Shown here: positions 41,303-50,580 of the stretch, one piece after another
Layout of the letters: the number at the start of each line of letters is the position of its first letter
Numbering within the stretch: position 1 is the first letter of the stretch
Assembly (NCBI GenBank): GCA_963796285.1
Contig: CAWCKW010000012.1
Location: 1,952,001 to 2,016,000, forward strand
Direction of reading: 5' to 3'
Origin: Nitrospirota bacterium
GTDB lineage: Bacteria; Nitrospirota; UBA9217
Length of the DNA: 64,000 nucleotides
Made by a program: the position numbers and the translations under genes
Notes under the pieces: generated by a model
What the model saw: only the letters and a program-made list of their open reading frames with translations
What the model was told of the DNA's origin: nothing
Databases searched by the model: none

Positions 41303-41788
41303 TTATCCTTCCACGATACTGCGTTCTTCCCACATGAACCAGTTCCCGGTGTTTGCAAGGAATTGGTAGGTATTCGCGAAAATGTCATAGTGCTGCTGTT
41401 CCTCATGAATAAGCTGTTCGAGCAGTGCCCGCTCTTTTTCCTTCTTTGATCCAGCCAGGGTTTTTCTGTAGAATTCCAAACCCTCTTTCTCCATCTTCAT
41501 GGCTATCTTGAATGCCTCGAGATCGTCAGCCGTAGCCGCGATCTTCTTCATCATCTCGTCCTTCATGGACTCAAACACTGTTTTCACGTTTTTCATCGGG
41601 CTCGTGTCTTTGTGTGTTATGTTCAATCCCTTGATGATCTGCGATACCATTTCCAGGTGCTTTTTTTCGTCCTCGGTTATGGTTTGAAACATTTTTTTCC
41701 CGGCGGGGGATGTTGTCTTCCGTGCCGCCTCGGTGTAAAAAGCTATTGCGTCCTTCTCCATCTTCATTGCCAATTCAAGGGCGTCCAT
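41303..41788 (-). CDS. Ferritin-like (rubrerythrin domain) di-iron protein
   Basis: Two AMKMEK...FY...ExxH repeats (DEKKH, EEQQH). Confidence 0.9.
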   Translation of the reverse strand: MDALELAMKMEKDAIAFYTEAARKTTSPAGKKMFQTITEDEKKHLEMVSQIIKGLNITHKDTSPMKNVKTVFESMKDEMMKKIAATADDLEAFKIAMKMEKEGLEFYRKTLAGSKKEKERALLEQLIHEEQQHYDIFANTYQFLANTGNWFMWEERSIVEG

Positions 41789-41973
41789 GGTGCCTCCTTC
41801 ATCAATCAGAAGTTTTATTCGGATAAATCATTTCTGCCGACAATTATAGCATAACTCCTGTGCGGCGATGAGAGACGGGGAAAATAAAATGCCGTGTTTC
41901 CCCTCCTCCCCAAAACCTGAAAAGACGCCGCGGTACCCGGGGCCGGAAGGGCATCTCTTTGCTCAAAACCGCA

Positions 41974-42354
41974 CTAGTGAGCGCAGGTACCACCGTGGCT
42001 GTGCCCGCCGCAGCACCCTTGGAGCGTAAATTCAGTAAGCGACTGTGATGCGAATAGCGCGATGTTTTCTTTGATGGTCTGTGACTGCGCACGGTAGACC
42101 TTGATGCCGCTTTGGCTCAACTTGCCCAGGGCCCCCGCTCCTATACCGCCGACAACCACGGCGTCGATCGTCTGGCTGTCGAGCGCCTGGAGAGGATTGC
42201 ATGCTCCATGCGCATGATATTGGTCCCTGTTCTTGATCATGCCAACAACGCTCGTTTCCGTATCCACGACGACAAACGCAGGCGCTGATCCGAAGTGGTT
42301 ATATACCTTGCTTTCAATACCCTCATCCTGGTGGACGGGAAAACATACTCTCAT
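41974..42354 (-). CDS. NifB/NifX-family (FeMo-co binding-like) protein
   Basis: HFGSAPAF, HGAC, VGGIGAGA, His/Cys tail CCGGHSHGGTCAH; GGAGG RBS. Confidence 0.88.
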   Translation of the reverse strand: MRVCFPVHQDEGIESKVYNHFGSAPAFVVVDTETSVVGMIKNRDQYHAHGACNPLQALDSQTIDAVVVGGIGAGALGKLSQSGIKVYRAQSQTIKENIALFASQSLTEFTLQGCCGGHSHGGTCAH

Positions 42355-42454
42355 GCGGTAACCTCCTGGACCTGGTGTGTATCGTATACGCGCCCGGGAC
42401 AACTGCCGGGCGAACGGTGATAATGCTATTTGCGGGGAATGGACGCCGTGCCTG

Positions 42455-43570
42455 TTACGTCTTCGCCTTGTCCCCGAACACTTCCTTCACCTTGTCGAAA
42501 AACCCTTTCGTGATCGGCGTTGCGTTCTCGCCGTTCAGACGGTCAAACTCCTGGAGCAGTTCTTTCTGTTTTGTCGTAAGCTTGGTCGGCACCTCGACAA
42601 TGAGCCGGCAAAGCTGGTCGCCGCTGCCGGAGCCCCGAAGATTCGGAAATCCCTTGCCGCGCAGTCTGAATACGTGGCCTGGCTGGGTACCGGCGGAAAT
42701 TCTGAGCTTCGAACTCCCGGTGAGCGTCGGCACTTCGATCTCCGTACCGAGCGTTGCCTGGACAATGCTGATCGGTACTTCACAAATGATATCCTGGCCT
42801 TCCCGCTTGAACAGCGGATGCTCCTCCACCATAAGATAGACGTAGAGGTCTCCTGACGGTCCGCCGAACGAACCAAGCTCGCCTTCGCCGGTCAGACGGA
42901 TGGTGTTGCCTGTCTCCACGCCGGCCGGTATCTTGACCGACAACGTACGGTCCCGCTCGACACGTTTCTTGCCCTTGCACGCGGGACAGGGGTCGGTGAT
43001 CGTCTTACCCTCGCCTCCACAGCGTGAACAGGTACGACTGACACTGAAAAACCCCTGCTGCATGCGAATCTGGCCCGCTCCCTTGCATACCGTACAGGTC
43101 ACGATGCCGTCCTTGGATTTCGCCCCCAGTCCATCGCAATCAGGACAGCGCTCCCAGCGCGGGACCCGGATCTTAGTCGTCGTGCCGAAGGCCGCTTCTT
43201 CGAAGCTGATCTTTAGGTTGTACCGGAGGTCATCACCGGCCGTCGCCCGGGACCTGCCGCGGCCGCCGCCGAAAAACTCTTCGAAGATATCTCCGAAGAT
43301 GTCGCCCATGCCGGCGCTTGCGCCGAATCCGCCGGGACCCGCACCTGATGCACCTGGCGCCGTGCCGTACTGGTCATAGTACGTCCGCTTCTGGGCATCC
43401 GACAGGACCGAATACGCCTCGCTGATCTCCTTGAACTTTTCTTCCGAGGCTTTGTCCCCGGGGTTTTTGTCAGGGTGGTGCTCGTGGGCGAGTTTCCGGT
43501 AAGCGCGCTTGAGATCGGCATCGGTCGCGTTCCTATGGACCCCGAGCAGTTCGTAATAATCCTTGGCCAT
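42455..43570 (-). CDS. dnaJ: Chaperone protein DnaJ
   Basis: HPDKNPG, G/F region, four CxxCxG repeats, follows dnaK. Confidence 0.97.
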   Translation of the reverse strand: MAKDYYELLGVHRNATDADLKRAYRKLAHEHHPDKNPGDKASEEKFKEISEAYSVLSDAQKRTYYDQYGTAPGASGAGPGGFGASAGMGDIFGDIFEEFFGGGRGRSRATAGDDLRYNLKISFEEAAFGTTTKIRVPRWERCPDCDGLGAKSKDGIVTCTVCKGAGQIRMQQGFFSVSRTCSRCGGEGKTITDPCPACKGKKRVERDRTLSVKIPAGVETGNTIRLTGEGELGSFGGPSGDLYVYLMVEEHPLFKREGQDIICEVPISIVQATLGTEIEVPTLTGSSKLRISAGTQPGHVFRLRGKGFPNLRGSGSGDQLCRLIVEVPTKLTTKQKELLQEFDRLNGENATPITKGFFDKVKEVFGDKAKT

Positions 43571-43677
43571 ATCGTCCTTTGTCTAGGAAATAAATAGCAG
43601 CAACATACGTTCTTTACACAAAAAAGAGGACAGCAGGTAGTTCTTTTCCCCCGCCATCCTCTTGAAAGTGATATCTG

Positions 43678-45600
43678 TTATTTCTTGTCCTTATCTACTT
43701 CCTCAAACTCCGCATCAACGACCTTTTCCTCCGGCTTCTTGGCCTCTCCGCCCGGAGCTTCTCCGGGGGCAGCGCCTGCTCCCGCCTGGTCCTTGCCCAT
43801 CTTGGAGTAGACCTCCTCGGCAAGCTTGTGCGATGCCTTGGAAAGCTCTGCCACGGCCTTTTTGATGGCCTCGACATCGGCGCCATCCTTCACGCTCTTG
43901 GCCTGCTCAAGCGCTTTCTGGATCTCGGCGCGTTCCGCGTCGGTGAGCTTCGAGCCATAGTCGGCCACGGATTTTTCAACCGAGTAGATGAGCGTGTCAA
44001 TCTCGTTCTTCGCCTCGGCCACTTCCCTCTTTTTCTTATCCTCAGCAGAGTGGGCCTCTGCGTCCTTTACCGCCTTTTCGATCTCGTCCTTGCTCAGTCC
44101 GCTTGATGCCGTGATCTTGATGGACTGCTCCCTGCCCGTACCGAGGTCCTTGGCCATGACATGCACAATACCGTTTGCATCGATATCGAAGGTAACCTCG
44201 ACCTGCGGGATACCGCGCGGTGCCGGCGGGATGCCGACAAGTTCGAAGCGGCCCATGGTCTTGTTGTCCGACGCCATCTCGCGCTCGCCCTGAAGCACGT
44301 GGATCGAGACCGCGGTCTGGTTGTCCGACGCCGTGGAAAACACCTGGCTCTTCTTGGTCGGGATCGTGGTGTTGCGCTCGATGAGCCGGGTCGTCACGCT
44401 TCCCAGTGTTTCGATGCCCAGGGACAGTGGTGTTACGTCAAGGAGCAGGACGTCCTTCACCTGACCAGTGAGGACCGCTCCCTGAATTGCGGCGCCGATG
44501 GCAACCACCTCGTCCGGATTCACTCCGCGGTGCGGCTCTTTTTTGAAAAATTCTTTTACCGCTGCGATCACCTTGGGCGTGCGGGTCTGGCCGCCGACCA
44601 AGACCGCTTCATTGATCTGTTCCACCGTCTTCCCTGCGTCGGAAAGCGCCTTCTTGCATGGCTCAATGCTCTTCGCGATGAGATCGCCGACGATCTGTTC
44701 GAATTTCGCGCGTGAAAACTTAAAGAGCAGGTGCTTGGGACCGCTTGCGTCCGCGGTGATAAAAGGAAGGTTGATCTCCGTCTCCATGACCGTGGACAGC
44801 TCGCACTTGGCCTTTTCCGCTGCCTCCTTGAGCCGCTGGAGCGCCATTTTGTCCTTGCTGAGATCGATTCCCTGGTCCTTCTTAAACTCGTCGGCCAGCC
44901 ACCGGATGATGCGGTCATCGAAGTCGTCTCCGCCAAGGAACGTGTCTCCGTTCGTGGACTTCACCTCGAAGACGCCCTCACCGAGCTCGAGGATCGAGAT
45001 ATCGAAGGTACCGCCGCCCAGGTCGTACACCGCGATGGTCTCGTCCTTCTTCTTATCGAGACCATAGGCGAGTGAAGCGGCCGTAGGCTCGTTGATGATC
45101 CGGAGCACATTCAGCCCTGCGATCAATCCCGCATCCTTTGTGGCTTGCCGCTGGCTATCGTTAAAATACGCGGGCACCGTTATGACCGCATCGGTCACCT
45201 TCTCGCCCAAGTAGTCCTCGGCGGTCTGCCTCATCTTCTGCAGGATCATGGCCGAAACCTCGGCCGGGCTGTAGACCTTGCCGCGGATCTCCACGTGGGC
45301 GTCGCCGTTGTCCGCCTTCACGATCTTGTAGGGCAGGTGTTTCTTCGCCTCGCTGACTTCCGTCGTATCGTATTTTCTGCCGATAAGACGCTTGATCGAA
45401 TAGATCGTGTTGTCCGGGTTCGTGATCGATTGCCGTTTTGCTATCTGGCCCACGAGCCGCTCTCCGCTCTCGGTAATGGCCACCACGGACGGTGTGGTCC
45501 TGCTCCCTTCAGAGTTCGGGATCACGACCGGCTCGCCGCCTTCCATGATCGCGACGCATGAATTGGTCGTGCCCAGGTCAATTCCTATAACTTTTCCCAT
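43678..45600 (-). CDS. dnaK: Chaperone protein DnaK
   Basis: [32 protein letters not shown]. Confidence 0.99.
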   Translation of the reverse strand: MGKVIGIDLGTTNSCVAIMEGGEPVVIPNSEGSRTTPSVVAITESGERLVGQIAKRQSITNPDNTIYSIKRLIGRKYDTTEVSEAKKHLPYKIVKADNGDAHVEIRGKVYSPAEVSAMILQKMRQTAEDYLGEKVTDAVITVPAYFNDSQRQATKDAGLIAGLNVLRIINEPTAASLAYGLDKKKDETIAVYDLGGGTFDISILELGEGVFEVKSTNGDTFLGGDDFDDRIIRWLADEFKKDQGIDLSKDKMALQRLKEAAEKAKCELSTVMETEINLPFITADASGPKHLLFKFSRAKFEQIVGDLIAKSIEPCKKALSDAGKTVEQINEAVLVGGQTRTPKVIAAVKEFFKKEPHRGVNPDEVVAIGAAIQGAVLTGQVKDVLLLDVTPLSLGIETLGSVTTRLIERNTTIPTKKSQVFSTASDNQTAVSIHVLQGEREMASDNKTMGRFELVGIPPAPRGIPQVEVTFDIDANGIVHVMAKDLGTGREQSIKITASSGLSKDEIEKAVKDAEAHSAEDKKKREVAEAKNEIDTLIYSVEKSVADYGSKLTDAERAEIQKALEQAKSVKDGADVEAIKKAVAELSKASHKLAEEVYSKMGKDQAGAGAAPGEAPGGEAKKPEEKVVDAEFEEVDKDKK

Positions 45601-45701
45601 ATTAGCCTCCTTGAATTTTCATTGTTGAAAAAGATCAAACGCAGAATCGGAGATGCGCCGTTGTTTCAATGCCCCGATTCAGCGGTCACTCGTTCATTGC
45701 T

Positions 45702-46286
45702 TCATGATTCATCGATACGTTCTTCTCGATGCTCACCATCCTGCTTCTTCGATACTCCCACCTTCGCATGGCGCAAAACCTTCTCGTGATACAGATACCC
45801 GTCCTGCATCACCTGCACCACCGTGTTCTCCGGGACCTCGTCAGTAATTACCTGCATCATCGCGTCGTGCTGTGCCGGATCGAAGGGCTCTCCCGCGGCG
45901 CCAAACTGCTTGACACCGAACTTTTCAAGCACTTCGCGGAGTTGCTTGTATACCAGTTCCACGCCCTCGCGCATGCCCTGCGCGGTCTCGCCCGACTCTC
46001 CCGCATGCTTGAGCGCGAGCCCCAGATGATCGACGACGGTCAGAAGCTCCAACGCAAACTGCTCATTAGCATATTTGCGGAAATCGGCAAGGTCACGCTG
46101 TATTCGCTTGCGATAATTCTCAAAATCGGCATACGTCCGGAGGTACTTTTCATTCGCTTCCGCTGCCTCTCTGGTCTTTTGTTCGAGCTCCCGTGAAAGC
46201 TTCTCGAGCTGCGCGTTTGGCGCCGCAGGCTGAGCTTCCTGCTCATCGACGTCCTCTTCCCGTATGTCATTAAACTCGCTCGTCAT
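45702..46286 (-). CDS. grpE: Nucleotide exchange factor GrpE
   Basis: ADFENYRKR, FDPAQHDAM, GY...VLR.AKV. Confidence 0.97.
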   Translation of the reverse strand: MTSEFNDIREEDVDEQEAQPAAPNAQLEKLSRELEQKTREAAEANEKYLRTYADFENYRKRIQRDLADFRKYANEQFALELLTVVDHLGLALKHAGESGETAQGMREGVELVYKQLREVLEKFGVKQFGAAGEPFDPAQHDAMMQVITDEVPENTVVQVMQDGYLYHEKVLRHAKVGVSKKQDGEHREERIDES

Positions 46287-47329
46287 CGTTCAATACCCCT
46301 CTGAAACCGTTCCCCCAAAAGCTTTGAAAGCATCTTTGATGTATAGTCAACCACCTGAATAGCCTGTTTATACTGCATCCGCGTGGGTCCGATCACCCCG
46401 AGCGTGCCCACGACGTTTGTGCCCGCCTTGTAGCTGCTCACCACCATACTGCAGCCCTGCATCTCGAAGTAAGAGTTTTCGGACCCGATGAAGACCTTGA
46501 TGCCGTCCGCCGCCACGCTCCGGTCAAGGACCCGGAGCAGTTTGTATTTGTCTTCAAAGGCCTTGAACAGCGCCCTCATCTTTTCAACAGTCGCAAACTC
46601 GGGGTTCTCGAACATCGAGGAAGCCCCGCCGATATACACCCTCTCGTTCTCACGGTCCTGGACCTCCTGGCTGGCCTTGCAGGTCTCGTCCATGAGCTGA
46701 GCAAAAATGAGTTTCTCTTCCCGCATCTTCTCGATCAGGCGCTGTCTGATCTCTGTCAACGTCCAGCGCTCGAGCTCGTCAACGAGGTAGGCACTGAACT
46801 GGTTCAGGTCCTGCTGCCGGATGCTTTCATCGAGTTCGATCAGCTTGTTCTGAACGATCCCCGTTTCGGTCACGAAGATAATGAGCACCTGGCTTCCGCG
46901 CAAACGCACAAACTCGATATGCCGGTACTTTGCCTCGGGCTCGGATGGTGCAACCACCACCCCGGCGCATTGTGAGAGCGACGCAAGGAACCGGCTAGCT
47001 TCCTCCATGAGTTCATGGAGGTCATCGCCATGCAGCGGCGGCGCCTGCCGGAATTGGTCTCCGAAGTCGTCCGCATCCTTCTCGATACTGATCAGGCTGT
47101 CAATATAGTACCGGTATCCGAGGTCCGTGGGAATCCTGCCGGCAGAGGTGTGTGGATGGGTCAGATACCCCAGCTCCTCAAGCTCTGCCATGATATTTCG
47201 GAGCGTGGCGGAACTGACGCCGAAATCGTATCTCTTGACCAACACCGTTGAGCCGATCGGCGCACCGCTGGCAATATAACTGTCAATGACGGCCTGCAAA
47301 ACCCTCTTATTTCTTTCGTGCAGCTCCAT
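46283..47329 (-). CDS. hrcA: Heat-inducible transcription repressor HrcA
   Basis: SSATLRNIM, PHTSAGRIPT, GVIGPTRM. Confidence 0.97.
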   Translation of the reverse strand: MELHERNKRVLQAVIDSYIASGAPIGSTVLVKRYDFGVSSATLRNIMAELEELGYLTHPHTSAGRIPTDLGYRYYIDSLISIEKDADDFGDQFRQAPPLHGDDLHELMEEASRFLASLSQCAGVVVAPSEPEAKYRHIEFVRLRGSQVLIIFVTETGIVQNKLIELDESIRQQDLNQFSAYLVDELERWTLTEIRQRLIEKMREEKLIFAQLMDETCKASQEVQDRENERVYIGGASSMFENPEFATVEKMRALFKAFEDKYKLLRVLDRSVAADGIKVFIGSENSYFEMQGCSMVVSSYKAGTNVVGTLGVIGPTRMQYKQAIQVVDYTSKMLSKLLGERFQRGIER

Positions 47330-47366
47330 GCAGAATCTGCCCTTTTATGATATCATCAAGCGTGTG

Positions 47367-47393
47367 TTAGCACTCGCCATGATAGAGTGCTAA
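47367..47393. promoter_or_regulatory. CIRCE operator upstream of hrcA
   Basis: Perfect TTAGCACTC-GCCATGATA-GAGTGCTAA. Confidence 0.97.
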
Positions 47394-47394
47394 C

Positions 47395-47423
47395 AATTTA
47401 ACACATGGCCTGTTTTGTGTCAA
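47395..47423 (-). promoter_or_regulatory. Sigma70 promoter of hrcA-grpE-dnaK-dnaJ
   Basis: TTGACA-17 nt-TAAATT directly before the CIRCE. Confidence 0.8.
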
Positions 47424-47489
47424 GCGGTTATTTTTCCTTCATTACAGGGAACAGTTCAATTCCTTCCCTTATCATGCCGTAAAACCGGT

Positions 47490-47517
47490 AAAAAAATCCC
47501 GCATACATCGCGGGATT
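47490..47517 (-). terminator. Intrinsic terminator after hsp20
   Basis: AATCCCGCG-ATGTA-TGCGGGATT followed by a T run on the minus strand. Confidence 0.7.
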
Positions 47518-47569
47518 CAAGTGCCCTTTTAAAGAGCAGGGCAGGTAAAACAAGCTTTCAAAGCACTCC

Positions 47570-48085
47570 TTATGCAGCTTTCTTCGCTTCGGTCTCGATC
47601 AGCTTTTTCTCTTCCTTCGCAGCCTCGATCTCGATCTTCCTCGCCTTGGTAACTGCCGGTGCCGGCATGGTGATCTCGAGGATACCGTTTGTGAATTTCG
47701 CCTTCAGTTCATCGGTCTTGACACCCTCAGGCAGAACAAAACGCCGCTCAAATGAACCATAGTCGATCTCCCGGTAGGTGTAATTCTCTTCCTTCGTGGC
47801 TTTCTCCGCCTTCCGGGCGCCCTTAATGACAAGTTCCCGATCGGCGATACTGACATCCACGTCCTTGACATCTATACCGGGAAGTTCCGCCCTGAATACA
47901 AGCTGACCTTCTTTTGTATAGCTTTCTACTGAAGGCATCCACAGCGTCCTTCGTTCAGTCGGCACATCCGCTCCGAGGAATCGGTTAAATAACCCGTCCA
48001 TCTCATGCTGCATCGAACGGAGCTCTTCAAATGGATCCCATCGCGTCATCAGCCGGAAAGGATCCCAACGAGTCAGGCTTTTCAT
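47570..48085 (-). CDS. Hsp20/alpha-crystallin small heat-shock protein
   Basis: RWDPF N-terminus, AELPG, YGSFERRFVLP, NGILEI; start MKSLT after AGGAGG. Confidence 0.95.
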   Translation of the reverse strand: MKSLTRWDPFRLMTRWDPFEELRSMQHEMDGLFNRFLGADVPTERRTLWMPSVESYTKEGQLVFRAELPGIDVKDVDVSIADRELVIKGARKAEKATKEENYTYREIDYGSFERRFVLPEGVKTDELKAKFTNGILEITMPAPAVTKARKIEIEAAKEEKKLIETEAKKAA

Positions 48086-48288
48086 AGAAATCCCTCCTTT
48101 TTTTTCGACCTCCACACCGGGCATCTTTTTCCCGGCCTCGTCTCATATCTCTGTATTGGCCGCGACTGTCCATACTATCTGATGCCCGATACATAATTCT
48201 CTGTGGAGATCTTAAGTTAATGCATACCGCACACTTCTCCGCGACCGCCTTTCATCTCCTCAGCTACGGTCTCCTTACTTACATCTAT

Positions 48289-48329
48289 ATCATATCACCA
48301 CATTAGCACTCTGTCAAGCAGAGTGCTAA
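48289..48329 (-). promoter_or_regulatory. CIRCE operator with nested sigma70 promoter upstream of hsp20
   Basis: TTAGCACTC-TGTCAAGCA-GAGTGCTAA (48303-48329); minus-strand TTGACA in the spacer, 17 nt, then TATGAT. Confidence 0.95.
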
Positions 48330-48560
48330 TGCATATAACATATTGTTTATATTAATAATATAAAGCATACCTTGTGGCAAGGTTCGTTAAGATGTTGCCT
48401 GACTGCCATCGCACACCTGACCTTGCTTGATCGTAAAATAGCACGGAATCAATTACCGACAGGAGTGCCGGCGGCTTGATCCCGAATATCCGGACATCGT
48501 TTTGACCAAGGACCGGGCGTATAAGTACCTTTAACACTAGTGGCCCTGAAGATCCTCGTA

Positions 48561-50054
48561 TCAGGGGAAGAGGGCGATCTGATCTTTTCGGAGAAGAGGA
48601 AAACTCTCTTCCGGGAAGTGGAAAACGTTTTTGAAGACCCGGTTCATCACAAAGACCAGCTGGCGGAATTTGTACGCGTCATGGTGCGAATCGCCCGTGC
48701 GTTCGGAGGTCCGCCAACTCTCCACGTCGGAGATGCGCAGCTCGACCCCCAGCGTGTGCTGCTCGGTCTTCTTGACGACCTTGTCCCTGATTTCGTACAG
48801 CGGCGTGCCGGGGATCATGATCTCGTTCGTTCCCAGGGCGCGGTGTATCGGCAGGGAAAAAGCGATCTTGCACTGGAACTTTTTGTGTTCCCGGGAGGAA
48901 TGGACGTTCTGCTCCGCGTTCTTGCCCAGCGCCCCATAGAAGGTCCTTGCGTGGTCAAGCAGCTGCTCCTCCCCGGGCATGGCATTGCCTCCCCCGCTCC
49001 GGGACAGGCTGATCATCAGCCTGCGTATCGCCTCTATCATGTCCTCCGGCCCGTTAAAGAGCGTCTGGGTAATTGAGTGCGAGGCAGTGTTCTCCTGCAG
49101 GATCACCCCCCGCTTCTGGAGAGCATGAAACAGCTTCAGCGTGTCATCGATGTTCGTGAGGATGAACGTGATCGCGAGGATGTCCCGAATATCGTAGGCC
49201 TCCCCTTCCACATTCTTGCCCAGCTTTATGACCATGCTTTCCGGACTCTTGAGCCGCGCCTTGATCTCGGCAATGTCGACGTCCACGCCGTCACCGCTGT
49301 TGAAGACAAGGCATCCTTTCGCTCGGTCAAAGACCAAGGACTCCCGCAATCGGTGAAAGAACGCGGAAAGCTTTACAAAGGCCCTCCGGGCAGGCTCATT
49401 GTCGGGGATGTGCGACGGTCGCTCCCAGTTGTACTCATAGAGATCGTCGAGGCGCTGCCCCTGCTGTTCAAGAAAAAAGCCTAGTTGGACGTAATCGTTG
49501 ATATCCTGACTGTCCCCCTCCACGGATTTTATCAGATGCACCGTCTTGAGGAGGCAGCAGGCAGCCTGCTGCCACGCCATGGGCACATCGAGCGATCGTC
49601 CCTGATACCCGGAGAAGACATGGGGATATTTCCGGGAGGAGGCAAGCAGAAAGAGGTGGCGGGGATCTTCGTCCACGATCCGTCGGAATGCAGGGTCCTG
49701 CAGCACTGCTTTCGCCCCGGTGAGAGCGTTCAGACAGGTTCGGTAAAGCCCTGCGTTCGAAGACCGCAGCGCGGCGAGCCCTTCCAGCTGCTTCATGACA
49801 AAGGGGAAGAGCCCGTTGAAAATAGTGGCGTACGCGCGTTTGATGTAGTGCGACGCGCGCGCGCGTTCGCTCTCTCCCAGCTCGTCGCCGCCGAGCGTGT
49901 CGAAGCCGCGGTTGGCCATCATCCTGGTCGCCTGTTTGATGGCCGCGGCATAGTCCCGCGCGGGCAAGAGCAGAAAGGGCGTCATTTCGGTCCTGTCCAG
50001 TATCGAACCGAAGATCTCGTGATGCAGTTCCTGATCAAGCGGCATGTCTTCCAT
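48561..50054 (-). CDS. Uncharacterised RelA/SpoT-fold nucleotidyltransferase-like protein (resembles TIGR04552/TIGR04562 families)
   Basis: ARLKSPESMVIKL, DIRDILAITF, VELRISD, GDSHHDAYKFRQ; family recalled, not searched. Confidence 0.65.
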   Translation of the reverse strand: MEDMPLDQELHHEIFGSILDRTEMTPFLLLPARDYAAAIKQATRMMANRGFDTLGGDELGESERARASHYIKRAYATIFNGLFPFVMKQLEGLAALRSSNAGLYRTCLNALTGAKAVLQDPAFRRIVDEDPRHLFLLASSRKYPHVFSGYQGRSLDVPMAWQQAACCLLKTVHLIKSVEGDSQDINDYVQLGFFLEQQGQRLDDLYEYNWERPSHIPDNEPARRAFVKLSAFFHRLRESLVFDRAKGCLVFNSGDGVDVDIAEIKARLKSPESMVIKLGKNVEGEAYDIRDILAITFILTNIDDTLKLFHALQKRGVILQENTASHSITQTLFNGPEDMIEAIRRLMISLSRSGGGNAMPGEEQLLDHARTFYGALGKNAEQNVHSSREHKKFQCKIAFSLPIHRALGTNEIMIPGTPLYEIRDKVVKKTEQHTLGVELRISDVESWRTSERTGDSHHDAYKFRQLVFVMNRVFKNVFHFPEESFPLLRKDQIALFP

Positions 50055-50102
50055 GACGGACACTCCTCGAACGCCCCCCGCTTGCGATCTCATGTCCTGC
50101 GG

Positions 50103-50291
50103 TTATTTCCCCGTGATAAACAGTCTCACGATCCTGCCTAACAGAGTTATCCCCAGGATAATGCCGAGAACTATTGCGAGGAAGATAGCAAGAACAAGGG
50201 TCAGCTTGAAGACCAGAAAAAAGAGGGGGAACAAAACTACGCATAGGAATATTGTCAGGCAACCTGTGGCAAAATCTTTCGCTTCCACCAT
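50103..50291 (-). CDS. 62-aa two-helix membrane protein
   Basis: GGAGG RBS; two very hydrophobic segments. Confidence 0.7.
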   Translation of the reverse strand: MVEAKDFATGCLTIFLCVVLFPLFFLVFKLTLVLAIFLAIVLGIILGITLLGRIVRLFITGK

Positions 50292-50580
50292 TGGGGTAGT
50301 CCTCCCGTATTCCCCCTTTCAGAGGGAGTCTATTACGGATTATAACAGAAACGGGCTGATGAGGAGGGCGCAATAACGGCAAGGCTATGATATTGTTGTC
50401 ATGTATTCCCGCACCAGACCTTCATGTATACATGCGACACGTCGGTCCACCCGGCGCCAGTATTCACATACCGTTCAACGGGACAATAGATGAATAGACT
50501 GTCATTCACAATACCGATTTTCCCGATCCCTCCCTTGCTTTTTTCCTTCTCCGGGGCTATGTTTTACTAAAGGAAAACAC

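Noticed and set aside
48352-48537. 61-aa ORF upstream of the hsp20 CIRCE
   Set aside because: No RBS or recognisable motif; probably non-coding
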